NCBI GenBank assembly: GCA_046727515.1
Contig: JBKPCT010000072.1
Location: 1 to 46,504, forward strand
DNA: 46,504 bases
Direction: 5' to 3'
Source: Actinomycetota bacterium
Lineage (GTDB): Bacteria; Actinomycetota; Thermoleophilia; Gaiellales; Gaiellaceae
Shown: positions 1 to 8,240 of the stretch, piece after piece
Layout of the letters: each line of letters starts with the position of its first letter
Numbering within the stretch: position 1 is the first letter of the stretch
Translations under genes and position numbers: made by a program
Notes under the pieces: generated by a model
Seen by the model: only the letters and a program-made list of their open reading frames with translations
Database searches by the model: none
Told to the model about the DNA's origin: nothing

Positions 1-267
1 CATCCAGGCCGAGATGAAGTGCGTGTTCAGCACGCCCGAGAGCGACATCCAGCCGCGCGACAGCTCCACCTGGATCAGCGCGTAGGTCGTCAGGTCGAGG
101 CCGAGCCCGCCGTATTCCGCCGGGATCGTCACGCCGAAGAGCCCCAGCTCCTTCATCTGCTCGACGAGCGGCTCGGGGAACTCGTCGGCGTGCTCGTACT
201 CCGACGCCACGGGGTAGACCTCCCGCTCCACCCACTCGCGGACGGCCTGGACGATCTCCCGATTCAC
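1..267 (-). CDS. acyl-CoA dehydrogenase, N-terminal fragment (gene continues beyond window start)
   Basis: Not in the ORF track because it is open-ended. Manual minus-strand translation gives VNREIVQAVREWVEREVYPVASEYEHADEFPEPLVEQMKELGLFGVTIPAEYGGLGLDLTTYALIQVELSRGWMSLSGVLNTHFISAWM, a typical ACAD N-terminal domain. GTG 267-265 overlaps the TGA of the upstream PrpD-like gene (GTGA). Confidence 0.8.
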   Translation of the reverse strand, partial: MNREIVQAVREWVEREVYPVASEYEHADEFPEPLVEQMKELGLFGVTIPAEYGGLGLDLTTYALIQVELSRGWMSLSGVLNTHFISAWM

Positions 268-1634
268 GCAGGCACCGGCTGCCGGAGCAGGCCCGTGACG
301 TCGTCGAGCTGGTCGAGCGACAGGATCGAGCTCTCCAGCGCTTCGACCGCCGCCTCGGGGAGCGCCGTCCCGGCGTTCTCGCGGAACTTCGCCCGCACCT
401 CGTCGGCCGAGAGCGGGTTCTCCGGCCCTCCCTGCTGGTGCGGCAACTCGGCCTCGAGCACGCGGCCGTCGCGAAGGGTGATCCGCACGCCGCCGGGGAA
501 CGCCGCCGGGTACGTCGCGTACTCCTTCGTCCCATAGCGCACTCGGCGCGCGAGGTCGAGCACGCGCCGGTCGGCGATGGCCTCGTCGGAGTAGGCAGCG
601 AGCCCGGCCGTGCCGTTGACGAGCATCGCAGCGGTCGAGTACTGGAGGCTGAACTTCGCCTCGTACACGGTGCGCGGAGCGACCTTCTTCTCGGCAGGCT
701 CGAGCACGAGCGACACGCCCGCCTCGGGGATGGTGACGAGGACATCCTCGATCTCGTCCGGGTCGAGCGGGCTCAGGCCCGCGGTGGCGCCGAGCGAGCC
801 GTGGATGAAGTGGCAGGTCGGGTACAGCTTGTACGCGATCCGCGGCGTCTCCCAGCGGGAGCCGAGGTCGGCGAGCTGCTCGTCGATCGGGACCTCGCCC
901 TGCTTCGCGGCGAGGAAGGCGTGGTAGAGCCCGAATCGACCCTCGATCACGCCGGGCGGTCCCTCGCCGCCGAGCGAGGCGAGCCGCGCCGCGAGGATCG
1001 AGCCGTGCGCCGCCCACGCCGGGTGGAAGGGCTTCGTCGCGGTCGCGTCGTCGAGGTAGGCGAAGAGGCCGCCGGCAAATGACCCGGCGATCCCCAGCGC
1101 CGAGGCCGTCGTCGCGGTGTCGGCGCCGAGCAGCCGCGCCGCCGCCGCCGTGCCGCCGAGGATTCCGCAGACAGACGTCGGGTGGAACCCCCGCGCGTGG
1201 AAGAGGCCCGATCCGGCCGTCCCGACGCGCGCGACGATCTCGTTCCCGGCGACGATCGCAGTCAGCAGCTCCGCGCCCGAGGCAGCCTCCGCCTCGGCGG
1301 TCGCGAGGGCAGCAGGGCAGACGACGACGCTCACGTGCGAGACGGAGTCCGAGTGCGTGTCGTCGTAGTCGAGCCCGTGGCAGAGCATCGCGTTCGCGAA
1401 CGCCGCGTTCGGCGCGGGCAGCGCGACGTCGAGGCCGATCACTGACGCCTGCGGATCGCCGCCGAGCTCCGCCATCGCCGTCCGGCCCTCGGTGGCGACC
1501 CTGAGCGCCGACGCGGCGTAGCCGCATCCGATCGCGTCCAGAAGGTGCAGCTTGGCATGCTCGGCAACGTCGTCCGGGATGTCATCCGGGGTCAGGCTCG
1601 TCGTCCAGTCGGCGATCGTCTGCGCGGCCGTCAT
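264..1634 (-). CDS. MmgE/PrpD family protein (2-methylcitrate dehydratase superfamily)
   Basis: ORF 264..2243 trimmed to ATG 1634-1632 (MTAAQTIADWTTSLTPDDIPDDVAEHAKLHLLDAIGCGYAAS...). The discarded 200 aa are R/G/P-rich and overlap the MaoC gene. ATG overlaps the MaoC stop (ATGA). Length 456 aa fits the family. Confidence 0.9.
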   Translation of the reverse strand: MTAAQTIADWTTSLTPDDIPDDVAEHAKLHLLDAIGCGYAASALRVATEGRTAMAELGGDPQASVIGLDVALPAPNAAFANAMLCHGLDYDDTHSDSVSHVSVVVCPAALATAEAEAASGAELLTAIVAGNEIVARVGTAGSGLFHARGFHPTSVCGILGGTAAAARLLGADTATTASALGIAGSFAGGLFAYLDDATATKPFHPAWAAHGSILAARLASLGGEGPPGVIEGRFGLYHAFLAAKQGEVPIDEQLADLGSRWETPRIAYKLYPTCHFIHGSLGATAGLSPLDPDEIEDVLVTIPEAGVSLVLEPAEKKVAPRTVYEAKFSLQYSTAAMLVNGTAGLAAYSDEAIADRRVLDLARRVRYGTKEYATYPAAFPGGVRITLRDGRVLEAELPHQQGGPENPLSADEVRAKFRENAGTALPEAAVEALESSILSLDQLDDVTGLLRQPVPA

Positions 1635-2218
1635 TCGACGCTCCATTCCGCGTCGGTGCCCGGGAACGCCGGCGCGGCCTCGGGCGCGCCGCGCTTGTAG
1701 ACCATGAAGGTGCGCTTGAACTCGATCACGACCTCGCGCCGCTGGTTGATCCCGCGGCAGCGCATCGTCACGATGCCGACGCTCGGGTTCGAGCTCGACT
1801 CGCGCAGCTCGAGGATCTCGCTCTCGGCCCAGAGCGTGTCGCCCGCGAACACGGGCTTCGGCAGCTTGATGTCCGTCCACTGCAGGTTTGCGGCGGCGTT
1901 CTCGCTGGTATCCGGGACGGTCATGCCCGTGATCAGCGCGAGCGTGAACGTGCTGTTCACGAGCGGCTTGCCGAACTGGGTGCGCTCGGCGTACGGCGCG
2001 TTGAAGTGGATCTGGTTCGTGTTCAGGGTCAGGCACGTGAACCAGATGTTGTCCGCCGCGGTGATCGTCCGGCCGAGCCGGCTCCTGAAGACGTCGCCGA
2101 CCGCGAAGTCCTCGTAGAAGCGGCCCCGCCAGTCCTTCGGCGCGTGGCTCCGCTCGGGCGCCGGCGAAGCCGCCTCCGCTCCTGGGTCGCCTCCGTCCAG
2201 CCTGCGGCTCCTCGTCAT
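1631..2218 (-). CDS. MaoC-like (R)-specific enoyl-CoA hydratase/dehydratase, itaconyl-/mesaconyl-CoA hydratase type
   Basis: 195 aa. Segment GRFYEDFAVGDVFRSRLGRTITAADNIWFTCLTLNTNQIHFNAPYAERTQFGKPLVNSTFTLALITGMTV...GDTLWAESEILELRESSSNPSVGIVTM matches the hot-dog MaoC dehydratase pattern. ATGA overlap with the CitE-like stop. Confidence 0.9.
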   Translation of the reverse strand: MTRSRRLDGGDPGAEAASPAPERSHAPKDWRGRFYEDFAVGDVFRSRLGRTITAADNIWFTCLTLNTNQIHFNAPYAERTQFGKPLVNSTFTLALITGMTVPDTSENAAANLQWTDIKLPKPVFAGDTLWAESEILELRESSSNPSVGIVTMRCRGINQRREVVIEFKRTFMVYKRGAPEAAPAFPGTDAEWSVE

Positions 2219-2934
2219 CCGCTGCTCCTTTCCACCTCGTCAAGGACCCGCCGCGCCCGCTCGACGACCGGCAGGTCGATCATCTCGCCGTTCACCGCCA
2301 GGACGCCCTCGCCCCGGTCGACGCTCTCGTCGAAGGCCTCGACCACCCGCCGCGCCCAGGCCACCTCGCGCTCGCTGGGCGCGAACGAGCGGTTGACGAT
2401 CGGCACCTGTCGCGGGTGGATGCAGACCTTGCCGCGGAAGCCGAGCGAGCGGGCGAAGGCGCACTCCGCCTCGAGCCCCGCGTCGTCGCGGACGTCGACG
2501 TGGACGACGTCGAACGGCGGGCGGATTCGCGCCGCGGCCGAGTCGACGACGACGCGCGAGCGCGCGTGGAGGATCTCGAGCCCGTCCGGCCGCGGCTCCA
2601 GCCCGAGCTCCGCGCCGAGGTCGACCGCACCGATGACGAGCGCCGCGACCCGGAGCGAGCAGGCCGTCTCGTAGGCCAGCCGCAGGCCCTGCGCCGTCTC
2701 GACGATCGCGATCACGGGCGGCCCCTCGTCGCCCAGTGCGGCGACGGCCTCGGGCGTCGCCTTCGGCAGCACGATCGCGTCCAGCCCCAGGTCACGGACG
2801 AGCGCCAGGTCGTCCTCGAACCAGCTCGTGTCGGCGCCGTTCACGCGGACGATGCGGGGCGCCAGCCTCGCGACGACCTCGCGGGCGACCCGTTTCTGCA
2901 CGGGTGCGACCGCGTCCTCGAGGTCGGCGACCAC
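2215..2934 (-). CDS. HpcH/HpaI aldolase / CitE-like (citramalyl-/malyl-CoA) lyase; start unresolved, conserved N-terminus continues upstream to ~3042 without a canonical start
   Basis: ADLEDAV...IVLPKA...ETAQGL...GAVDL...CIHPRQV are CitE-family motifs. The same frame stays open upstream and encodes HARSLLFAPGGDERKLAGALASEADA, the conserved beta1 region. There is no ATG/GTG/TTG before the in-frame stop at 3045-3043. An ATG at 3050-3048 lies in another frame. Confidence 0.8.
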   Translation of the reverse strand: MVADLEDAVAPVQKRVAREVVARLAPRIVRVNGADTSWFEDDLALVRDLGLDAIVLPKATPEAVAALGDEGPPVIAIVETAQGLRLAYETACSLRVAALVIGAVDLGAELGLEPRPDGLEILHARSRVVVDSAAARIRPPFDVVHVDVRDDAGLEAECAFARSLGFRGKVCIHPRQVPIVNRSFAPSEREVAWARRVVEAFDESVDRGEGVLAVNGEMIDLPVVERARRVLDEVERSSG

Positions 2935-3036
2935 GGCGTCCGCCTCCGACGCGAGCGCTCCGGCGAGCTTGCGCTCGTCGCCGCCCGGCGCGAAGAGAAG
3001 GGAGCGGGCGTGGGAAAGATCGCGGGCCGTGGCGAC

Positions 3037-3105
3037 TGTATGTCAGACATTCGGCGGCATGTCAATTCGTGGCTGCTTGACAGGGAGCCGAAAGTCAGAC
3101 ATAAA
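3037..3105. promoter_or_regulatory. mirror-symmetric divergent promoter/operator module
   Basis: Plus strand: TTGACA (3077-3082), 17 nt, CATAAA (3100-3105). Minus strand: TTGACA (3065-3060), 17 nt, CATACA (3042-3037). The two arms are imperfect inverted copies (TTGACA-n-GCCGAA-nGTCnGACATAnA). A GTCWGACAT box overlaps each -10. Confidence 0.6.
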
Positions 3106-3137
3106 CGCAACCCTGTCGGCGAACGGGGAGGTCGCAG

Positions 3138-4214
3138 GTGAAGGCGGTCGTGTTCCACGAGTTCGGGGGGCTGGACACGCTCCAGCTCGAGGAGGTTCCC
3201 GACCCGAAGCCCGGCCCGGGCGAGGTGCTGATCGACATCGCCGCCGCCGCGCTCAATCACCTCGACGTCGACGTGCGCGAAGGGGTGTCCCGGTTCCCGG
3301 TCGAACCTCCGTTCATCCTCGGCGTCGAGGTCGTGGGGCGGATCGCCGAGGTCGGCGGGGGCGTCGAGGGGTGGGAGGTCGGCGATCGCGTGATGCCGTA
3401 CCTGATGAACACCTGCGGGCGTTGCCGGTTCTGCCGCACCGGCCGCGAGTCGCTCTGCCTCGAGGCCGGCTTCATCAGCTTCAGCACCTCGGGCGGCTAC
3501 GCCGAGCGTCTCGTCTGCCCGGTCGGCCACCTGATCAGCGTCCCCGAGGGGCTCACGGACGAGGCGGCGGCCGCGCTCCAGGTCGCCTTCGGGACCGCGT
3601 GGCATATGCTCTTCACCCGCGGCCGGCTCGCCCTGGGCGAGACTGTGATGATCAACTCGGTCGGGAGCGGGATCGGCTCCGCCGCTGTCCAGCTCGCCCA
3701 CCAGGCAGGCGCGACCGTGATCGGGAACGCGAGCTCGGACGAGAAGCTCGCTCGCGCTGCCGAGCTCGGCCTGGACCACGGGATCAATCACCAGACCCAG
3801 GACGTCGTCGCGGAGGTGATGCGGCTGACAGACGGCGTCGGCGTCGACCTCGTCTTCGAGCACTGCGGCGGCGACCTCTTCCAGAAGGGCCTCGACTCGC
3901 TGGCGAAGGACGGCCGCCTCGTGCTCTGCGGCGGCCACTCCGGCGAGGTCGTCCCGTTCGACATCATCCCGTTCTTCCGCGCCCAGAAGAGCATCATCGG
4001 CTCGTTCGTCTACACGCGCGCGGAGGTCGAGAGCTGCCTGGAGCTGGCGCGCAAGCGAAAGATCACGCCGCTCGTGTACAAGGTCTTCTCACTCGAGGAG
4101 GCGCGCGAGGCGATGGCGACGATGGAGCGCCGCGAGCACTTCGGGAAGATCGTCCTAGCCATTTCGTCCCCGGCCGAAATGCCTAGCCATTCTCACGAAG
4201 GGAGAATGGCGTGA
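3138..4214 (+). CDS. zinc-binding alcohol dehydrogenase / MDR family oxidoreductase
   Basis: 358 aa. Has a GroES-like N-terminus, the structural-Zn motif CGRCRFCRTGRESLC and a Rossmann SVGSGIGSAAVQLA. SD GGGGAGG lies 8 nt upstream of GTG 3138. GTGA overlap with hyuA. Confidence 0.9.
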   Translation: MKAVVFHEFGGLDTLQLEEVPDPKPGPGEVLIDIAAAALNHLDVDVREGVSRFPVEPPFILGVEVVGRIAEVGGGVEGWEVGDRVMPYLMNTCGRCRFCRTGRESLCLEAGFISFSTSGGYAERLVCPVGHLISVPEGLTDEAAAALQVAFGTAWHMLFTRGRLALGETVMINSVGSGIGSAAVQLAHQAGATVIGNASSDEKLARAAELGLDHGINHQTQDVVAEVMRLTDGVGVDLVFEHCGGDLFQKGLDSLAKDGRLVLCGGHSGEVVPFDIIPFFRAQKSIIGSFVYTRAEVESCLELARKRKITPLVYKVFSLEEAREAMATMERREHFGKIVLAISSPAEMPSHSHEGRMA

Positions 4215-6328
4215 AACGGCTGGGAGTGGACGTCGGCGGCACGTTCACCGACCTGATCTACGTCGACGACGAAGTCGGCCAGATCCTCGTCCACAAGCTC
4301 CCGACGACGCCCGAGGACCCCTCGCAGGGGACGGTGCAGGGGATCCGGGAGCTGACCTCGCTCGCGGGGACGGAGCCCTCGCAGCTCGAGCAGGTCTTCC
4401 ACGGGACGACGATCGCGACCAACCTCGTGATCGAGCACGACGGCGCCCAGGTCGGCCTGATCACGACCGAGGGCTACCGCGACATCCTCCACATCGCCAG
4501 GCACAAGAAGCCGTTGAACTTCTCGAACTACCAGGACCTGCCGTGGCAGCGGTACCCGATCGTCCGGCGTAGGTACCGCCTGACCGTGCCGGAGCGGATC
4601 ACACGGGACGGCTCGGTGCTGGTGCCGCTGGACGAGGAGAAGGCACGCGAGCAGGTGCGTCGGCTGAGGAAGGCCGGGGTCGAGGCGGTCGCGGTCTGCT
4701 TCCTGTTCTCGTTCCTGAACGCGGAGCACGAGGCGCGGGTCGCGGAGATCGTGCGCGACGAGTTCCCCGAGGCATTCCTCTCCGTGTCCTCGGAGGTGCT
4801 GCCGCAGTACCGTGAGTACGAGCGTTTCTCGACCGTCTGCCTGAACGCCTACATCGGGCCGCGTGTGTCGCGCTACGTGCGCCGGCTCGAGGACGAGCTC
4901 GAGGCGATGAACGTGCAGACGGGTCTCCACCTGATGACGTCCGCGAGCGGGGTCGCGACAGCCGAGGGCGCGGTCGCGCGGCCCGTGAACCTGCTGATGT
5001 CCGGCCCGGTCGCCGGAGTCGTCGGCGGCATCTGGGCCGGCCGGCAGGCGGGCTACGACAACGTGATCACCCTCGATGTCGGCGGCACTTCGGCCGACGT
5101 CGGCCTCGCGCAGGAGGGCCGGCTGCGGATGAAGCACCTGCTCGACACGCGCGTCGGGCCCTACCAGGCGATGATCCCGATGGTCGACGTCGACACGATC
5201 GGCGCCGGTGGTGGTTCGATCGCCTACGTCGACTCGGGCGGGATCTTCCGCGTCGGACCGCGGTCTGCGGGCGCGGAGCCCGGCCCCGCGGCATACGGGC
5301 GCGGGGGCACCGAGCCGACGGCGACCGACGCGATGGTCAACCTCGGCTGGCTGCTGCCGGAGACGTTCCTCGGCGGGGGCATGAGCCTCGACGCGGACGC
5401 GGCGCGGCGGGCGTTCGAGGAGGGCCCGGCTGCAGCGCTCGGGATGACGCTCGAGGAGGCGTCGATGGGCGCTGTCCAGATCCTGACGCACTCCATGGTC
5501 CAGTCGATCGACGAGAACTCGGTCCGCAAGGGCTACGACCCGCGCGACTTCGCCCTCGTCGCCGAGGGCGGCGCCGGGCCGCTGTTCGCCGCGCAGATCG
5601 CGCTCGAGGCCGGAACGCCGTGGGTCGTCGTCCCCAACTACCCCGGTGTCACCGCCGCGCTCGGCCTGCTCGCGACGGACATGGTCTACGAGTACGTGGC
5701 GACGGTCTACGAGCGGGTGTCGACGCTCGACGCCCCGGCGCTCCAGCGCGCGTTCGAGGAGCTCGAGGAGCAGGCGCGCGTGCAGCTCGAGCACGACGGC
5801 ATCCCATCCGACCGGATCGTGATCCAGCGCGTGGCCGACTGCCGCTACCTCGGCCAGGGCTATGAGCTCAGAGTCGATGTCGCTTCCGGGGACATCGACT
5901 CGGGCTGGGTGAAGAAGCTCCGCTCGTCATTCCACGACATTCATGAGCGCGAGTACTCCAGAAGGTTCGAGGACTCAGATGTCGAGATCCCGAACGTGCG
6001 TGTGCGCGGGATCGGGCTGATGCCCCCTCTGAAGGTGCCGGAGGTCGAGCACGGCGACGCCTCGCCCGACGGCGCCCTGCGCTACGAGCGGGACGCGTGG
6101 TTCCGTGTCGACGGCGAGCTCCGTCAGGTGCCGACCCGCTTCTACGGCCGCTCCGAGCTCAAGGCGGGGAACCGCCTCGAAGGCCCCGCGATCGTCAATC
6201 AGTACGACTCGACGACGGTCATCCCGCCCGGGCTGACCGCGCGGATCGACCGCTTCGGGAACATCGTGATCGGGACGGGTGTCGCCCCCGAGCCCGAGCC
6301 GGTCGCGACCGCAGGGGCTGCCCTATGA
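4211..6328 (+). CDS. hyuA: hydantoinase/oxoprolinase A subunit (HyuA; N-methylhydantoinase A / acetone-carboxylase-beta family)
   Basis: 705 aa. N-terminus MKRLGVDVGGTFTDLIYVDD is the actin-fold ATPase motif typical of HyuA, followed by a second DVGGTSADV motif. Confidence 0.92.
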   Translation: MKRLGVDVGGTFTDLIYVDDEVGQILVHKLPTTPEDPSQGTVQGIRELTSLAGTEPSQLEQVFHGTTIATNLVIEHDGAQVGLITTEGYRDILHIARHKKPLNFSNYQDLPWQRYPIVRRRYRLTVPERITRDGSVLVPLDEEKAREQVRRLRKAGVEAVAVCFLFSFLNAEHEARVAEIVRDEFPEAFLSVSSEVLPQYREYERFSTVCLNAYIGPRVSRYVRRLEDELEAMNVQTGLHLMTSASGVATAEGAVARPVNLLMSGPVAGVVGGIWAGRQAGYDNVITLDVGGTSADVGLAQEGRLRMKHLLDTRVGPYQAMIPMVDVDTIGAGGGSIAYVDSGGIFRVGPRSAGAEPGPAAYGRGGTEPTATDAMVNLGWLLPETFLGGGMSLDADAARRAFEEGPAAALGMTLEEASMGAVQILTHSMVQSIDENSVRKGYDPRDFALVAEGGAGPLFAAQIALEAGTPWVVVPNYPGVTAALGLLATDMVYEYVATVYERVSTLDAPALQRAFEELEEQARVQLEHDGIPSDRIVIQRVADCRYLGQGYELRVDVASGDIDSGWVKKLRSSFHDIHEREYSRRFEDSDVEIPNVRVRGIGLMPPLKVPEVEHGDASPDGALRYERDAWFRVDGELRQVPTRFYGRSELKAGNRLEGPAIVNQYDSTTVIPPGLTARIDRFGNIVIGTGVAPEPEPVATAGAAL

Positions 6329-8235
6329 GCGTCACCGAGTACCAGGTCGGCCGGCAGCCGGGCCCGCCGACGCGGAAACGCGTCGAGGTCGACCCGATCA
6401 CGCTGCGCGTGCTCGGCGGCGCGTTCCACGCGATCGCGAAGGAGATGGCGGGCGTGCTCTTTCGGATGAGCTATTCGTCGATCATCCGAGAGTCGGAGGA
6501 CCTCGGGGCGGGCATCTTCGACGCGCAGGGTCGCGAGCTCTGCGAGTCCGATTCGACGCCGATGCACATCGGCTCGCTGCCCTGGTACATCCGCGGCTTC
6601 CTCCAGCGGCTCGAGGGCCGGATCGAGGACGGCGACGTGATCGTCCACAACCACCCGTACCTGGGCGCCTCCCACTCGCCGGACGTCGCCGTCGCGGTGC
6701 CGATCTTCCACGAGGGGGAGCTGCTCGGCTTCGCCGCTGTCACGGCGCACGTGCTCGACGTAGGCGGCTCCTTCCCCGGGATCAACGCGGACGCGTTCGA
6801 CGTCTACGCCGAGGCGAAGATGTACAACGCGCTCCGGTGGTACGAGCGCGGCAAGCTGAACGTGGACCTCGACCGGATGATCTTCGACAACGTCCGGACC
6901 GAGACGATGAACCGCGGCGACATGAACGCGATGCTCGCTGCGTGCCAGCTCGGCCGCGAGCGCTTCCTCCGGCTGGCCCACCGCTACGGCGCCGAGGTCG
7001 TGATGAGCGCGGCGTACGACTGGATGGACTACTCCGAGCAGATGCTCCGAGCCGAGATCGCGAAGATCCCCGACGGGACCTACGGGCCCGTCGTCGGCTG
7101 GCTCGACGACGACGCGCGCAACCGCGACCGGCGGCTCCGCGTCGAGACGCGCGTGGTCGTCGAAGGCGATGAGATCACGATCGACCTGACGGGCTCGAAC
7201 CCGGAGGTGCCGACGGGCTACAACGTGCCCTTCGAAGGCTCGCTGCTGGTCAGCTGCTACTACGCCGTTCGCACGATGCTGCTCGACGAGGTCACCTTCC
7301 CCGAGCACGTGCCGCAGAACGACGGCGTGTTCCGGCCGGTGAAGGTGATCGCCCCGAAAGGGACGATCTTCAACCCGAACTTCCCGCGTGCGTGCTTCTC
7401 GCGCTTCTGCCAGACGCAGCGCGTGGTCGACAACGTCAACCTCGCGCTCGCGGAGGCGCTGCCGGAGAAGGTGACAGGGGGGAACTCGGCCGGGATCCAT
7501 TTCTGCGCGTACGCGGGCTTCGACGAGTCGCTCGGCGAGTACTGGCTCTACCTCGAGGTGAACGAGGGCTCGTACGGTGGCCGCTTCGGCAAGGACGCGA
7601 TGGACTCCGTCGACAACCTGATGGCCAACACGCGCAACAACCCGATCGAGGAGCTGGACATGCGCTTCCCGATGCGCTGCGACCAGTACGAGCTGCGCCC
7701 GGAGGCGGCGGCGCCCGGGAAGTGGCGCGGCGGGGTCGGGATCATTCGACGCAACCGCTTCCTCGTCGACGGGACGTACTCGTGCGAGGGCGACCGGCAG
7801 ACGGATCCGCCGAAGGGCGTTTTCGGCGGCTGGGACGGGCTCGTCGCGTCGTGCCGGAAGAACCCCGACACGCCGCGCGAGGAGTTGCTGCCCGCGAAGG
7901 TGACCGGGATCCCGTTCTCGGCCGGCGAGTTCATCGAGTTCCGCGAGCCGAACGCCGCGGGCTACGGCGACCCGCTGGAGCGTCCGGTGGAGGCGGTCCG
8001 CGAGGACGTGCTCGACGACTTCACGACGATCGAGCTCGCGCGCGACGCGTACGGGGTCGTCTTCGCGGACGAGCGGACGCTCGAGATCGACGAGGGGGCG
8101 ACGGAGGCGCTCCGCGGGCACCTGGGCACGAGTGGGAACGGCGGATCGTTGTCGGAATACTTCGCCCAGCGCGCCTTGCCGGCCGTGAGTCCGCCGACGT
8201 CGGTGGCCGGCAACCGCGAGCTGGGCATCGCGTAG
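6325..8235 (+). CDS. hyuB: hydantoinase B/oxoprolinase subunit (HyuB)
   Basis: ORF 6097..8235 trimmed to ATG 6325 (MSVTEYQVGR...DPITLRVLGGAFHAIAKEMAGVLFRMSYSSIIRESEDLGAGIFD), the canonical HyuB N-terminus. ATGA overlap with the hyuA stop. Confidence 0.92.
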   Translation: MSVTEYQVGRQPGPPTRKRVEVDPITLRVLGGAFHAIAKEMAGVLFRMSYSSIIRESEDLGAGIFDAQGRELCESDSTPMHIGSLPWYIRGFLQRLEGRIEDGDVIVHNHPYLGASHSPDVAVAVPIFHEGELLGFAAVTAHVLDVGGSFPGINADAFDVYAEAKMYNALRWYERGKLNVDLDRMIFDNVRTETMNRGDMNAMLAACQLGRERFLRLAHRYGAEVVMSAAYDWMDYSEQMLRAEIAKIPDGTYGPVVGWLDDDARNRDRRLRVETRVVVEGDEITIDLTGSNPEVPTGYNVPFEGSLLVSCYYAVRTMLLDEVTFPEHVPQNDGVFRPVKVIAPKGTIFNPNFPRACFSRFCQTQRVVDNVNLALAEALPEKVTGGNSAGIHFCAYAGFDESLGEYWLYLEVNEGSYGGRFGKDAMDSVDNLMANTRNNPIEELDMRFPMRCDQYELRPEAAAPGKWRGGVGIIRRNRFLVDGTYSCEGDRQTDPPKGVFGGWDGLVASCRKNPDTPREELLPAKVTGIPFSAGEFIEFREPNAAGYGDPLERPVEAVREDVLDDFTTIELARDAYGVVFADERTLEIDEGATEALRGHLGTSGNGGSLSEYFAQRALPAVSPPTSVAGNRELGIA

Positions 8236-8240
8236 CCGCT

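Noticed and set aside
264-2243. Single 659-aa protein as listed in the ORF track
   Set aside because: The first ~200 aa are low-complexity and overlap the genuine MaoC gene in another frame. The MmgE/PrpD homology begins at the internal ATG 1634. The same reasoning trimmed ORFs 6097..8235, 7392..8942, 8711..9820, 19622..21079, 23832..25745, 28129..29616 and 29472..31406.
4193-5794. 533-aa ORF on the minus strand
   Set aside because: It lies fully antisense to the well-supported hyuA gene. Its product is R/D/P/G-rich with no recognisable motif. This is a typical shadow ORF of GC3-rich coding DNA.
6199-8121. 640-aa ORF on the minus strand
   Set aside because: It is antisense to hyuB, has low-complexity R/A/D/V-rich composition, and shows no family signature.
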